DNA of 64,000 bases from Camelus dromedarius. Its lineage: Eukaryota. Position 1 is the stretch's first letter; each line of letters begins with the position of its first letter. Under the pieces are notes generated by a model. The model saw only the letters and a program-made list of their open reading frames with translations. It was not told where the DNA came from and did not search any database. Location of the stretch: contig NC_087447.1 of the NCBI RefSeq assembly GCF_036321535.1, forward strand, positions 37,388,001 through 37,452,000, written 5' to 3'. The position numbers were made by a program, and so were the translations under genes. This document shows positions 1 through 12,926 of the stretch, piece after piece.

Positions 1-1610
1 GTTAATCTTAATGTATGCAAATTAAAAATAAAACCATTTAGGAGGTCAAGGAATCCCAGAAGAAATGCAGAATGCCACAAAACAATTTGTTTTACAAATG
101 TATGAAACAACTTCAATAAAGGGGTTCAGAAGAAAAGGTCTGACCTATGTAACTTTGGAGATGAGTAGAGTCTGTAAGACTAAAGGCAAAAGAAACTAGA
201 TATAACATGGAGCTCTAGTTGATAAAATTCTTTCCCACAGTGTATGGGTTAGCAATTCTGATACTGTTATGCATATACAGTGGATGTCAACAATTAAGTA
301 ATGGATGGCACAAGGTGGGACCCAAGTTTCTCAGTGTTGTAGTTTACAGATAAGCAAGGGAAGGAGGCTAGAATGGTTCATGTGGTAATGAATTAGACTT
401 GGAGACATCAGGATGAATGTACATTTGACTAAATAGATGGCCTCATATAGAAATGTTGTAGATAAGTGTATATACATTATGCACACATATATTTTGTTGC
501 TCTGTCAGCTGAGAGAACTAGAAGCAATGACATCCCCATAGCAACAAGCACACCTACTACCCAAATCTTCGTTTCTAACACCATTAGTCACAAAAGGAAC
601 CACTTTTGGCTTTTTTGGAGAAATGACTGATTCTAAGACTGAGACAGAAAATACACAAGATAAGCTGGGAGCATCTTGCAGTGCCAGAAAGTAAGGAAAT
701 GCTAAAACAAAAGCAAACCAAAAACCGCACAATGATGTGGGTGTGTCAAAGGGACACAGGGTTCAACTGGAAGAGCTCCCAATAGCCAAAGCTGGAACAA
801 TTAGAGCAACAAAATAAGTTCAATTCTAACCCAAAGTATAAAATAATTATCTACAAGTCCATACTGATATAAAAATGGTTGAATAAATAAATAATGAAGA
901 ATAGACAAATCTATCTTGCAGAAGAATTTTAAATAATTTAAGCAGATGTTTCATCCTGAAGGAGATGCAGCATAGCTCCTCATTCCTCAAGCATGGGCCG
1001 CACATAGAGACTTTCTTCCAAAGAGTACAGTGTTGATGGGAAACAGAGTGACTTTCAGTAGAGGAAGCCGACAGACATGACCTCAGCCAGTTAGCCACAG
1101 TTAACAATAGTGAATAGTCATGTTGATAGTGTATGTACCCTTGATATGAGGTAATGAAAATTGTACTTCACCTCTAGGATCTTCCTCCCTCAAACCCATA
1201 AACCCAGTCTAATCACAAGAAAACAATTGGATAAATCCCAGTAGAGGGACACTCTACAGAACATATGACAAGTATGCCTCAAAACTGTCAAGGTTATCAA
1301 AACCAAGAAAAGTCCATGAGATGCTGTCACAGCCAAGAGGAGCCTAAGGAAACATGATGACTAAACGTTATGTGGTGTTCTGGATGGGATCCTGGAACAG
1401 AAAAAGGACATTAGGTAAAAACTAAGGAAATTTGTTAAATGACGTATGGACTTTAGTCAATAACAATGTATTAATATTGGTTCAGTAATAAATGTACCAT
1501 ACACATGTAAGGTGTTAATAATAGGGATACTGGGTATGGGGGTAAATGGGAACGCTCTGTACTATCTTAACAATTTTTCTGTAAATCTATAACTGGCCTT
1601 AAAAATAAAC
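1..1610 (+). mobile_element. Old L1 3'UTR (L1MC3/L1MD-like), truncated by window start
   Basis: Diagnostic L1MC-type text (CTGACCTATGTAACTTTGGAGATGAGT..GTCTGTAAGACTAAAGGCAAAAG; GGATGGGATCCTGGAACAGAAAAAGGACATTAG; GGGAAC..TCTGTACTATCTT..CAATTTTTCTGTAAATCT..AAAAATAAA end). Subfamily from recall. Confidence 0.85.
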
Positions 1611-1779
1611 CTTATCAAGATAAATAGAGTAGATAAATCACTGCAGTAGAAATTGAGACTCTTGTAGCCAGTAGTTTCTCATGTGGGGTCTATTAAACTT
1701 TAAAAACCCAAATCTTTCTGTAAAAAACATTATATTTCCATACTGAAGATATATTATTGCAAATATATTACTTTTCTCC

Positions 1780-2420
1780 AGAGCACTGAAAAATATATAA
1801 AAACTTGCCATTCATTTTATGAAGTTAGTGACAAAACTTAGAGACAAAAAATTGATAAAAATAGTACATGCACCACAAATCTATAACCACACTCTTACAA
1901 AACAACTGTATTTGTGAATATAGATTAAAAAATCTTATAAATATACACAAAATGAATATATTGGCATTTAAAAATAATAAACCATGGTTATTCAATATAT
2001 ATTTGACAAGTTAATGAATGACCAGGTAAATTCTAATTGGGAATTAAAGGATATTTAGAATAACAAAATCAATCAATATTGACTCATACTAATGTCAATA
2101 ATACAAAACCATATAATCATATCAATAGTCATGCCTTTTTGCATATGAGAAAATTCAACAGCCATTTCTGCTTTCAAAAATTTTGCCATAGTTGGAAAAA
2201 TGAACTTCCTTTACATGCAAAGAAAAATCCTGTCTGAAATCAAGAGCTGGCATCTAGCATGACGCTTAGTATGGAAACATTAGAGTCATTCCTATCAAGG
2301 ATGTGACATCTGTACTTACTATCACCTCTATAATTAAGCATCATCCTGAAACCTGAACAATCCAATCAGAAAATATAGCAAAATACAAACCCCAATTGAT
2401 GCCCTCCTTATGTAAATAAT
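1780..2420 (+). mobile_element. Degraded L1 ORF2 fragment (L1M)
   Basis: A-rich, ORF2-like remnants (CATTCATTTTATGAAG; AAAACCATATAATCATATCAATAG; AAAATTCAACAGCCATTTC); no open frame. Confidence 0.65.
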
Positions 2421-3245
2421 TTTTTGAATGTGATACAAATAATAAAACCATTAATCTTTCAGTTTAGGAATGGGTTAGTGGAAAGATAACCTTATATAAT
2501 TAGTAGTCTGTTTGCTTATCTCAAAAAGAAACATGAATAATTTGGAACAGTCTTCTCATTCTCTGATAATTCACATAAATGGTCTACATTTCACATTATT
2601 TGCTAGAATCACATTTTCTGTATCCAAGTATAATATTCAGTACTTAAATATATTGAGTTGGTTAATAATGGTACATATCCCATTTGAAATGTAGAAAATG
2701 ATTTCCTCTGTTTTAAGGTATTTGGGGAGTTAATCTTATTGGATTGGCTGCATATTAAATATCAAGGGAGAGAGAAAGGGGGCAGGGGGATGAGGATTGG
2801 GAAATGATATGGGTTATAGTATGATTTTAACTTCAGATTGAATGGGATATAATTACACTTCTCACAGTTGTCTCCGTGTACTTACTATGATAAAACTTTA
2901 GAAAAATAATACTAGTTTTGGAGGTAGGAAGGAGAGATTTAGAGACAGAGGGAGAGAGAGACAATGAGAAACATGGAAACTACAGAAAAGAGAACCCTGG
3001 AAAAAGTGGAGGAACTTTAAAGCTATTTCTGCAATGTTTTACCACTTTGTTTCCCCATGAGATTTCAGTGAACATAAACATTAATCATTAATTATTCTAG
3101 AGTTGAGTTTGTCTTTATGTGTGTTTTCTGACGTGAAAATATGCTGAGATTGCCCTGTCTATGGATAGCGAGCAGTGAGTGCAGGATTTGGGAACTAAGC
3201 AAAATAAAAAACAAAACATGGTAAATGTTTAGTGAGAGCTTACTA

Positions 3246-3247
<2 letters not shown>

Positions 3248-3281
<34 letters not shown>
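3248..3281. repeat. (TG)17 microsatellite
   Basis: Perfect dinucleotide run read directly. Confidence 0.97.
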
Positions 3282-3285
<4 letters not shown>

Positions 3286-3289
3286 CTCT

Positions 3290-3450
3290 TACAACAAGCA
3301 TTTTAGGTAGGTGCTCTTATTTCTCCAATTTTACAGATTTCTGAACCACACATAGGTGAAATAATTAGCCCCAAATAATAATGACTAACAGATAACAGAA
3401 GCTGTATTTGTACCTAGACAGTCTGGCTATAGAGTCTACAACTTACATCA
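3290..3450 (-). mobile_element. MIR fragment
   Basis: Reverse MIR core (TCTCCAATTTTACAGAT..; AGAAGCTGTATTTGTACCTAGACAGTCTGGCTATAGAGTC). Confidence 0.65.
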
Positions 3451-3620
3451 CTTCAGTCTCAATCTCTTGCTCTCTCTCTTCCTCATTGTTAAAAATTTAA
3501 ATAACTTAATAATTAAATACAGTAGGAAGTAAATCCCCAGTAGTCAGAGTGGAAGTTAGGGAAAGTTTAATGGTCAGCTGAATCTGTTAAAGACAATACT
3601 CACTTTAAAAGGAAAGTGAT

Positions 3621-3823
3621 AACCACTATATATAAAAATACATTTTAAAAAATCTCTTCTATATAGCACAGGAACTATATTCAGTATCTTATAATAATCT
3701 TTAATGAAAAAGAATATGAAAATAAATGTATGTATATATATGCATATGTATGCGTGACTGGGACATTAGGCTATGCACTAGAAATTGACACGTTGCAACT
3801 GACTATACTTCAATTTAAAAAAG
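3621..3823 (+). mobile_element. Short 5'-truncated younger L1 3' end with 14-bp TSD
   Basis: L1 3'UTR (ATAGCACAGGAACTATATTCAGTATCTT..GAAATTGACAC..ACTGACTATACTTCAATTTAAAA) flanked by identical AAAAGGAAAGTGAT at 3607-3620 and 3824-3837; left site reads TTT/AAAA (L1 endonuclease consensus). Confidence 0.9.
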
Positions 3824-3899
3824 AAAAGGAAAGTGATGACTCTACATTTTATTAGAATCATGATTTTCTTCAAAAATTCCAAGAGTCACCATTTTAAGA

Positions 3900-5660
3900 C
3901 ATATGTATCAAAATATTTAACCAAGATTAAGTACCATAAATATTATAAAGGAGGAAAAATTAATTATGTTTATTCAGAATTAAGATCGTCTACTTAGAAA
4001 AAAAATGAGAATCATTTGAAAAATAGAATAAAAGCATTTCATAATTTCCAGTTACCATATTAACATAAAATCAGTAGCTTCTCTATACTGTAGAAATGGT
4101 TATTTAGAAATACATTCAAAAATCAAATTTACAATAGCAACAAAAATGTAAAATAACTAAAACTAATCTCAATAAGAAATATGACAGATCCCCCTGAGAA
4201 GTATTACAGTTAACTTATGGACATAAAAGATGTTAATAAATCAGGAGACATTCCATGTTTTTAGATGAGAATCTTCAATATTTTAAAGATGTCAATTCTC
4301 CCTAAATTAATTTATAAATTTAATGCAATCCCAATTAAAGTTTGATGAGATTTTTGTTTGGAACTTAACCAAATGATTCTAAAGTTCATTTAGAAGAATA
4401 ATTGTATTAGAATAGTCATGAAAAGACCAAGAAAAATGAGTAATGAGATTGACTTGCCCTATTAGAAATTAAATTATCACTGTGGTATGGTACCAAAGTA
4501 GTCAGACAGATCCATAAAACCAAAAAGAAAATCCAGAAGCTAAGTTAAGTATGTATAATAATTTGCTGTATATTAATGGTGTCAATGTAAAATATTGGGA
4601 AAAGAATCAACTATGCATTAAATGGATTATTCAATAAAATGTGATTGATGGCAAGTAGATAAGCATTTTAAAAAAACAGGTTTGAGTCTTCTACCTTAAT
4701 TTATACTAAAATAAATTTCGATGTTTCAAAGTTTTGATTGGAAAAGAGAAACCATTAAAATACCAGAATATATAAATAAGTATATAATTTTTTAGTGGTG
4801 AAAGACTTACAATGTGTGTACACAATGGCTGAAAGGGAAAAATTAATCATGTATTTGACTACATAAAATTCCACAACTTGTGAATAGCAAAAAAAAAAAC
4901 AAAAAACAAAAAACCCTGATCTATCTGTCCACCTAAATGCTATAGACATTAAAAGACAAACTCTGAAAATCATTGCAAGAAATATTACAAAGAAAGGCTT
5001 AGCTTCTTCAGTCTTTCAAGGCTCATACAAATCTGTAAGAAAAAGAGGATATTCAAAAAAAAAATGTCCCAATGGTCAGGCAATTCACAGAAGAATAGAT
5101 GATACATACATCTGTAGCATTGAAAACACATTGAACCTCACTAGCTACCAAGGAAACACAAATTAAAACATCAGTGAGATGTCCTTTCCTTGCCTATTAA
5201 GTTGAAAATGATGAAAAATACCCAAGGTTGGCTAAGGCATGAGTAAACAGGCATTCTTATAAGCTTTGGTATAAATTCAAATTGATAGAACAAACTTTCT
5301 AGAGAATGGTTGGGCAATATATTATCAAAATTGAACATGTGTATCTTCATTGACACAGTAAGGCAATTTCCAGAATTTAAGCTTTGGGTAAATAACCGGA
5401 CAAGTGTCTAAGGATACAAGCCCAAGAGGTTCATTTTAGCATTACCGGAATAGGAAAAATTAGAAAACCCTACTAATATTCAAAATAAGATATTCATTAA
5501 ATTCATTATGGTGTCATCACACAATGGAATATGATTCAGCAGTTTAAAAAGATGATGGAAGATCTATATTCATTATATAATATTATGCCCAAACTGTAAG
5601 AAGTGATAAGATGTCATTAAAAGCATTTTGTAGGGTATACCATTTCTCTACATATGTATT
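3900..5660 (+). mobile_element. Old L1 ORF2 3' half plus 3'UTR (L1M/L1ME-like), degraded
   Basis: ORF2 remnants (AAGATGTCAATTCTCCCTAAATTAATTTATAAATTTAATGCAATCCCAAT; GGCAATTCACAGAAGA; CAATGGAATATGATTCAGCAGTTTAAAAAG). Confidence 0.85.
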
Positions 5661-5711
5661 TGTGTGTGTGATTATAAATATTATTTTTGAGGATTTCTTT
5701 CTCTTCCTTTA

Positions 5712-5734
5712 TGTGTGTGTGTGTGTGTGTGTGT
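5712..5734. repeat. (TG)n microsatellite
   Basis: About 11 TG units read directly. Confidence 0.9.
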
Positions 5735-5779
5735 CTGTAAGAAAACCCAGCTCTTTCTGTAAAACTTTATTGAATACCA

Positions 5780-5930
5780 TGACAGAAGCAGCCTTAGGCA
5801 AAATACCTCCTCTGTACCTTAGTCTCCCCATCAGTAAAATAGGGTTGTTCTGGGTATCAAATGTAAATCACTTAGACTATTACCTGACACATAGTAACCG
5901 TGTTCAACAATTCACCACTGTCATTATTAC
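5780..5930 (+). mobile_element. MIR fragment
   Basis: CCTTAGGCAAA..CCTCTGTACCTTAGTCTCCCCATCAGTAAAATAGGG..CCTGACACATAGTAA matches the MIR core and tail. Confidence 0.75.
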
Positions 5931-7549
5931 AATGATCATTATCATCGTTATGATTAATACCTTCCACAAAAGTACAAGAAAAAAGAGGGGAAGAAGCATT
6001 CTCCACAAGACAAAACCCTGAGCAGCTCTGGTATCCTGCCATTCTTACACCTTGGCTGCCATGTGTGATGGGGTTGTGCAGGATACGGAAGACCCTGTAG
6101 ACGCTGGGAGAGGAAGCAGAGCCAGGGCCATACCCAGGGAGAGTGGGCTTACTTGTGAGTCTTGCTTAAGACACTCCCAGGAACTCCTGGATAACCACAT
6201 GAGATGCAGGGGTGTTGGAAGCATGGAGCCTCAGGCTGGGGCTAGATCCAGTGCAATTTCTACAGCACTGTGTTGTTCCCATGCCTCTGCTCGGGTCCAT
6301 AGGCTGCATATGATTCTATAAGTCACACAGAGTCAGACTACAGTCAGCCTGAGAAAACTGTTTATACAGTTAAATTAAAAGCACGTAAATATTGTGTGTG
6401 CTTAAGTTCTCCATTTAGGGAAACATACAGTCTCTAATACGTGCTTAGTCCATTTTAACCAATCCCACTCTTTTAAAGTCTGAATAAAGATCCACTGCAG
6501 GTACTGCCATGGAGAGTCCTCCTCCAGAGCTAGTTCAAACTACCCAAAATTGGCACAGCGGATCGCATTCCATAATGATATGTTTCTGTTTTAGGCAGTT
6601 ACTCCTAACCATGCCTAAACTGGTCCCCTGACAAGGAAGCAGGTCCTTCATCTGAGCCTTTTACTCTCTTAGAGAACGAGAGCGATGTGCAGGATACCCA
6701 CCAGCAGCACAGACACAACAGGGTCTTTTTACCATGGAGAAATGTTGACTTCATACTTGCCTGTATGTGTGAGATGAATGCTGGGCATGATTTTATTACT
6801 CCAGAAAGTGTTGCCTGTAACACGGAGACAGGGGACAGTTTAAAAGGAAGAGTAATCACAGCACACAGCTATTCATCTTCGGCTGCCTCTGGAACTGTGA
6901 GCTGATTAACTCTTGCAGCAGATGGCTGCAGGGAGAAGCTGTCAGCTCCCACCTGTATGTGGCTCTGTCCTCCTGAGGACCCCTCACTCCCTACCCTCAA
7001 ACCCTGGACCCCTTTTGACAGGGTACAAAATAAGGTCACTCTGTTCTCTGAGTCAAGACTGATGACATTTGGCACTGCTCACCCTCACCAAACCATTGTC
7101 ACTTGCCATCAGATTTGGAAATCTGCACATTCAGGTTTGATTGCTGGTTAGCTGTCTTGCCTATGAGACACTTTCCTTTTCTTCTTCTAGGCTGACTTAT
7201 CCATTGCATGATTAGACCTTGTTTCTTTCTCTTTAGTCCTGACTGATTCCCTTCCCTAATACCAGTCTTCCCATAGGCTGAGACCACCATAATCCTTAAC
7301 CCAGAGTGGGGGTCCTGTTGCCCTTCTTAGTCCATTCAAGACCCCAAGCCTAATTCAGGTGGCTGGAATCTTGTTAACAATGGACAAAATGCCTTGGATA
7401 AGCTTTGCCAGTCTAGCCCTCCAGTGCTCCACTTGCAATCTTTGCTGCTTTTATGGCTGCTTGCTTTGCCCTTTTAGTGTCAGTCAGCTTACAAGGGAGC
7501 AGGATGTGCTTCTGGAACAGTGTGAATTGCCCATCCAGAGACTGCTTTG

Positions 7550-8090
7550 GAGACTGTTCTGTGTATCAGTCATCATTCTAGGCACTGAAATACAAGTCCT
7601 GGCCTTCACTGTAATGACATTCTAGTGGTGGAGACATACTAAGTTAGTATACAACTATAAGTCAGATCATTTCAGAGGGATAAGGTCAATGATGAGAATA
7701 AAACAGGGTAATGGTTTAGGAAGTAACCGAGCAGGTGGGTAACATTCTAATAGAGCGGTCAGGAAGGTTCCCTTTGAAGAGGAATGACATTTGAGTGGAG
7801 ACTTGAATGAAGTCTCCTATGGAAGTCAGCTATGAGAAGGTCTAGGGGGAGTGAATTTCAGGGAGAGCAAACCATGGTGAAAACTCCAAACTGTGAAGAG
7901 AGTAAGGTGTTTAGGAAATGAAAAGGAGGAGAGCATAACTGAAGCCAAGTGAGTGGAGTGAGCAAACGGCAGGTAAGTTTGGAGCGGGCAGCAGGGAAGC
8001 CCATCTAGGGCCTTGCAGGCCACATGGAGGAGCTAAGATTTTCCACCAGGGTTTTACATGGAGAAGTAGCTTATCTGATTCATCAGCTAC
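7550..8090 (-). mobile_element. L2 fragment
   Basis: Reverse L2 text (ACATTCTAGTGGTGGAGACA; GGTCAGGAAGG..TGACATTTGAG..GAGACTTGAATGAAG; GGGCCTTGCAGGCCA). Confidence 0.8.
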
Positions 8091-9073
8091 ATGCTGGTTT
8101 CCTCTGGACCAGAGGAAATAGAGCTATCACCCAGAGGGCAGGTGACTAGACACAGTGCTGTCACCATGGCCCGTGACTGGTGGGGCCATGGTCTATTAGC
8201 TGAGCTGGGGTTTGGCTGGAGCTCAGAAAACCTTCAGAGAGGAATGTGATCAGACAGGGGAGTCAAGATTGAAGAAGACTGCTGGCTGAAATGCGGGCAA
8301 CAGGGTGGCTGTGGAGGAGGGATGTGGGTTTGTGAGCAGTACTAATAGGCAGAGGTCAAGCTTCAGTCGCCCACGAGGCCCTGTCTTGTGCTGGAGGCTG
8401 AGACAGGGCCAGAGAGGTATTGCACGAGTCCACTGCACAGATAAGAACTTAGAGCAGAGTCCCACCCTCTTACTGGGGGCAGCACATTTCCCAGAACTTC
8501 CCCATCCTCCAGTCCACTAGGACTAGATACTCATGACGGTTCTTACATCCCTGCCTTGGTTGTGAGGTTACGTGCACATCTTCTTGGCCTGAACTCAGCT
8601 GAGCTATGTAAATAGTGAGTGTGCGGTGGGGATGGGTGAAAGTTCAGTTCTACTGGGAGCCAAGATGGAAGGTGGTGTTTTTCATTCAGAATTTTCCATC
8701 TGATGACTAGAAGGAGTCACAACATTGCTGGTAGCTGAACTCTGGTGTGTTATTTCTCATGACTTTGAGTCTTGCAGAGTCTCTGTGGTCCTAAAGCTCT
8801 GAAGACAACATATGGGTAGAGAGAAGAAGGTGAATACTTCTCTTGAATATGTATTATATTTCATACTTTACACTGGGAACTTCACATACATTATTTTAGT
8901 AATCCTTAATAGTCCTATGGTAATATCCACAGGGTAATATTCCTATGGGTAATATAAGCTCATTTTGTACCTAAAGAAACAAAGACTCATAAATATTAGT
9001 AAACCAGCCCAAGAATGAGCAACTAGCAGCCAATGAGTGATGGGGTGGGGCAAAGTTTGGATGCAAAGACAGG

Positions 9074-9620
9074 TTTTTTTTTTTAAACATTTTTTTATTG
9101 AGTTATAGTCATTTTACAATGTTGTGTCAAATTCCAGTGTAGAGCACAATTTTTCAGTTATACATGAACATACATATATTCATTGTCACATTTTGTTTTG
9201 CTGTGAGCTACCACAAGATCTTGTACATATTTCCCTGCGCTATACAGTATAATCTTGTTTATCTGTTCTGAATATCCCTGTTAGTATCTACAAATTTTAA
9301 ACTCCCAGTCTATCCCTTCCCACCCCTCTCCCCCTTGGCAACCATAAGTTTGTATTCTATGTCTATGAGTCTGTTTCTGTTTTGTATTTATGTTCTTTTT
9401 TTTTTTTTTTTTAGATTCCACATATGAGCAATCTCATATGATATTTTTCTTTCTCTTTTTGGCTTCCTTCACTTAGAATGACATTCTCCAGAGACATCCA
9501 TGTTGCTGCAAATGGCGTTATGTTGTCGTTTTTATGGCTGAATAGTATTCCATTGTATAAATATATCACATCTTCTTTATCCAGTCATCTGTCGATGGAC
9601 ATTTAGGCTGTTTCCATGTA
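9074..9620 (-). mobile_element. Younger 5'-truncated L1 (3'UTR), TSD-flanked, inserted into a MIR
   Basis: Poly-T head, then reverse L1 3'UTR (CATGTTGCTGCAAATGGC..TTTTTATGGCTGAATAGTATTCCATTG..GATGGACATTTAGGCTG); TSD CAAAGACAGG at 9064-9073 and 9621-9630. Confidence 0.92.
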
Positions 9621-12539
9621 CAAAGACAGGTATTTTGAAGCATGTGGCCCATCTTGCTGATTCAGTCACTCTGGCTGATGGGGAGAGGTGAGTATTCTAT
9701 CCATGCCTCTCTGGCATTTTTGGTACTAGTATCTTAAATTCATTTATGATTTTTTCATGTTTACTTTCCCACATGATTATGCCTTATTGCCTCAAATTGT
9801 TTGTGATTCCTGAATAGTGATGGCTCCTTTAAACCTCTCTCCATCTTTTAACAGTGCTTTGCCTTAAATGGGATATCAACACTGTTTCTTATTGATGGGC
9901 TGGCCGTTCTGAAGTGTGACCAGTCAGCTCAGTTTTGGTGGCACATCTCGGGTACCAGAGGAGGGGCCCTCAGATGTCCAGAACACAGGGCCAGTCCCCA
10001 GAGAGCATCTAACCCCCAGAGGAGTAGGGCAGTGGAACTATTGAATTGTTGAATGTCCAAGAATTTCAATTACAGTCCCTCCACACTAAGGAAAATGAGA
10101 GAAAAACAAAAGGGAAAGGGAACTTTATTTTCCTTTTCTTTCTGAATTGCCCTCTTAGTTTACCGTTTTCTGGCCTTTTCCTGTGTTCAAAGTCTCCTTT
10201 CAGAACCCCTCTGAAAATTCTTTTCACCTTCTGTTAGTCCTGCTGTTCCTGGTGCCAGGAAGTTCTCCAAAAATGTTCTTCTCTATAAGTAATGCTTGTA
10301 CAATGGCAGGGTTACACTCGTATCTAGACTGCATCTCGCCATGAATTGTTTGAGAAATTCCCTTCATAAAAATATGTATCTATTAGAATATAAAGGCTTT
10401 TTGGAAACCACATGCTAGCGTATCCAAATGTGCTATGTAATTCTTTGCAAAGGAAAGAAAACAAACTGCTTTTTGTCTATAAAAACAAAGTAATTTCAAA
10501 TAGTACCAGAATTTGTTTTTAAGGCCAATTAGAATGTCTTCTTTGTTATTCCGATAGCTAACTTGATGACTGTAATATTGTTAACCCTATAGACTTCTGG
10601 AATTTTTTGTTTGGTTTTTATCTTGTACTTGTTTTGCAAGGAGAATTTTTATAGTTATGAATAAATTATTGTAAGTTGTTCCACTTTTTATAAGGTTTAG
10701 CAAATATTATTCTAGATACTATATTCTGGCTTTTTCCGTGTTCCAGGCAACTTTCATATCAAAACCCCTTAAGTTTTAGTCTAAAAATTAATTTAGTACC
10801 CCAGGAATGATGAAGGGCAGAGGTGAGCCAAGAACACAAAATAAATGACTCCTGTGTTCTAGCCATGACCTCATGGTTGGTGGGACTGTAAACTCACAGA
10901 TCACTCTCTGTGAACTCAAACACAGGGAGGTCTGGGACCTCAGTCTCCTGGTAGTTGAGTCTAAACCAAGGCAGATTCCTTTTCAAGGAAACCGAAGGCA
11001 AGAAAAGACAAAAAGACTCGGAATGGCCCGCATTTGGAGTTGGCCTTCAACATGCATAGACTTATGGTTTCATTCACATAACAGAGGAGTAGACTTCTAG
11101 ACAAGAACAGGGAACAGTTGCTCAAAGTTACTCTGCAAGTTAGAGTTAAAAGAAAATGAACAAATTACAGAAAACAGACATAGGGAATCCAGGGAAAGTT
11201 TTAAAATGGATGCAGGCCTTGGAAAAGACATTTGACTCACTTAAGAATTCTATGATTCTGTACCATCCCCCCATGGCTGGAGTCTCAGGGCCTGCTCTGT
11301 CACACATGCAAAACCAATCTGCTCCCGTGACATGGAGCATGAAAGTTCATCTCCTAAAACTTTACACCCTATTGAAAGAATATAATAGTGTTAAAGAAAA
11401 GCTAATTCTGTGATCCTTTCGCATCGGGCTACAGATGGTATGCCATTTTCAAGGGACATTTTTTTGCCCCAGTTCCCATCAAATAGCTCCTGAAATAGGC
11501 ACGATACAGCCCCCTTGAATAAAATAAAATACCTTATTTAATTGCCTGAATGACACTCGGGATTGTGCTGCCAAAGCAAGCCCAAACAGGCCCAACCAGA
11601 AGCAATATCGAGGAGGTAACTTGACTATGAGGCAGCTCTAGCCCCAGCCCCCACCGACTGCCAGCCCAGGCTGATGGAAATCAAAACAAGTCTGGGGAAA
11701 TGCAAATGAAATCTGTAAAGGAGCTGAAGGAAGAAGAAACCATTTCCCAGAGTAATGAGCTCATTGATTGCATGGATGGCACCTCAGCCTGACCTCTAGG
11801 GCTCAGAGCACCATTATACAGAGAAGTCAGGGTCAGGGACAGGTGAGACTGGAGGAGCCACAGCCATGGCCACCAACTCTGCCCACCTGCTTGCTGCCTG
11901 ACCATGCCCCTCTGACTTCAGGATTCTGGGCCCCTTTCTGACTTCCTTTGTGTACTTCTGCCATTTGTGCTCAGGGTCCACTGGATTCTTACTAATTTTC
12001 AGAATAGCAAGTCTTGGATCTTCCAAGAAAGCCTCAACTTTATTTATTTATTGAGTCCAACCCAATTTTAAACATATTAACCATTACAGGGACACTGACT
12101 TCCTGTTGTTTCTGTGTTATCGATTGCTGGTCTCCAAAGAACTTAGCTGAAGAAGCTTTGAATTATCCTGGTTTGCTGACATACATATATTTTTACTGAA
12201 AATAGATATCACACTAAACCAAGTAGTGATATTACCCAGCACATATCTTGCAAGAGTTACTCAGCAGAAATATATTAGGAAGATTTATAATCAAAATGTG
12301 CAATATTTAACATTATCTCAGTGTACAAAGCTGATAAATTCTCCACTCACCCCAGCCTTCTTTAGGATAACAGAAGTTATGAGATATTTTCAACATGGGC
12401 TTCCTTCCTGGGTCTTGCTTATTATCTCCACTCCTCTCTAATCTAAAGGATCTTCCATAGTCACTGATTCAGAGTGGCTATTTCATCTGCTGTCATATTT
12501 TGGGACAAGGATTCAAGAACGAGTAGCTTAGTAAGGAGC

Positions 12540-12926
12540 TCTTATGGACTGAACTGCCCCCAAAATTCATATATTGAAGCCCTAATCCCCCTAATGTGAC
12601 TGTAATAGGAGACAGGGCCTTTAAAGAGGTAATTAAATTAAAATGAGGCTATTGGGGCAGGCCCTAATCCATTCATTCCTTATGAAAGGAGATTAAGACA
12701 TACACAGAAGCACCAGGGATGCGCGTGCACAGAGCAAAGCCCGTGTGAGGACACAGCAAGAAGAGGGCTGTCTGCAAGCCATGAAGGGACCTCAGGAGAA
12801 ACTAACCCTGCCAGCATCGGCACCATGATCTTGGCCTTCCAGCCTCTAGGACTGTGAGAGAATAAATTTCTATTGCTTAAGCCACCCAGTCTTTGGTATT
12901 TTGTTATGGCAGTCCAAACAAACACA
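12540..12926 (+). mobile_element. MLT1A-type MaLR solo LTR
   Basis: TATGGACTGAA..CCCCCAAAATTCATAT.TTGAAGCCCTAA start; CCTTCCAGCCTCTAGGACTGTGAGAGAATAAATTTCT..TAAGCCACCCAGTC..GGTATTTTGTTATGGCAG end. Confidence 0.92.
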
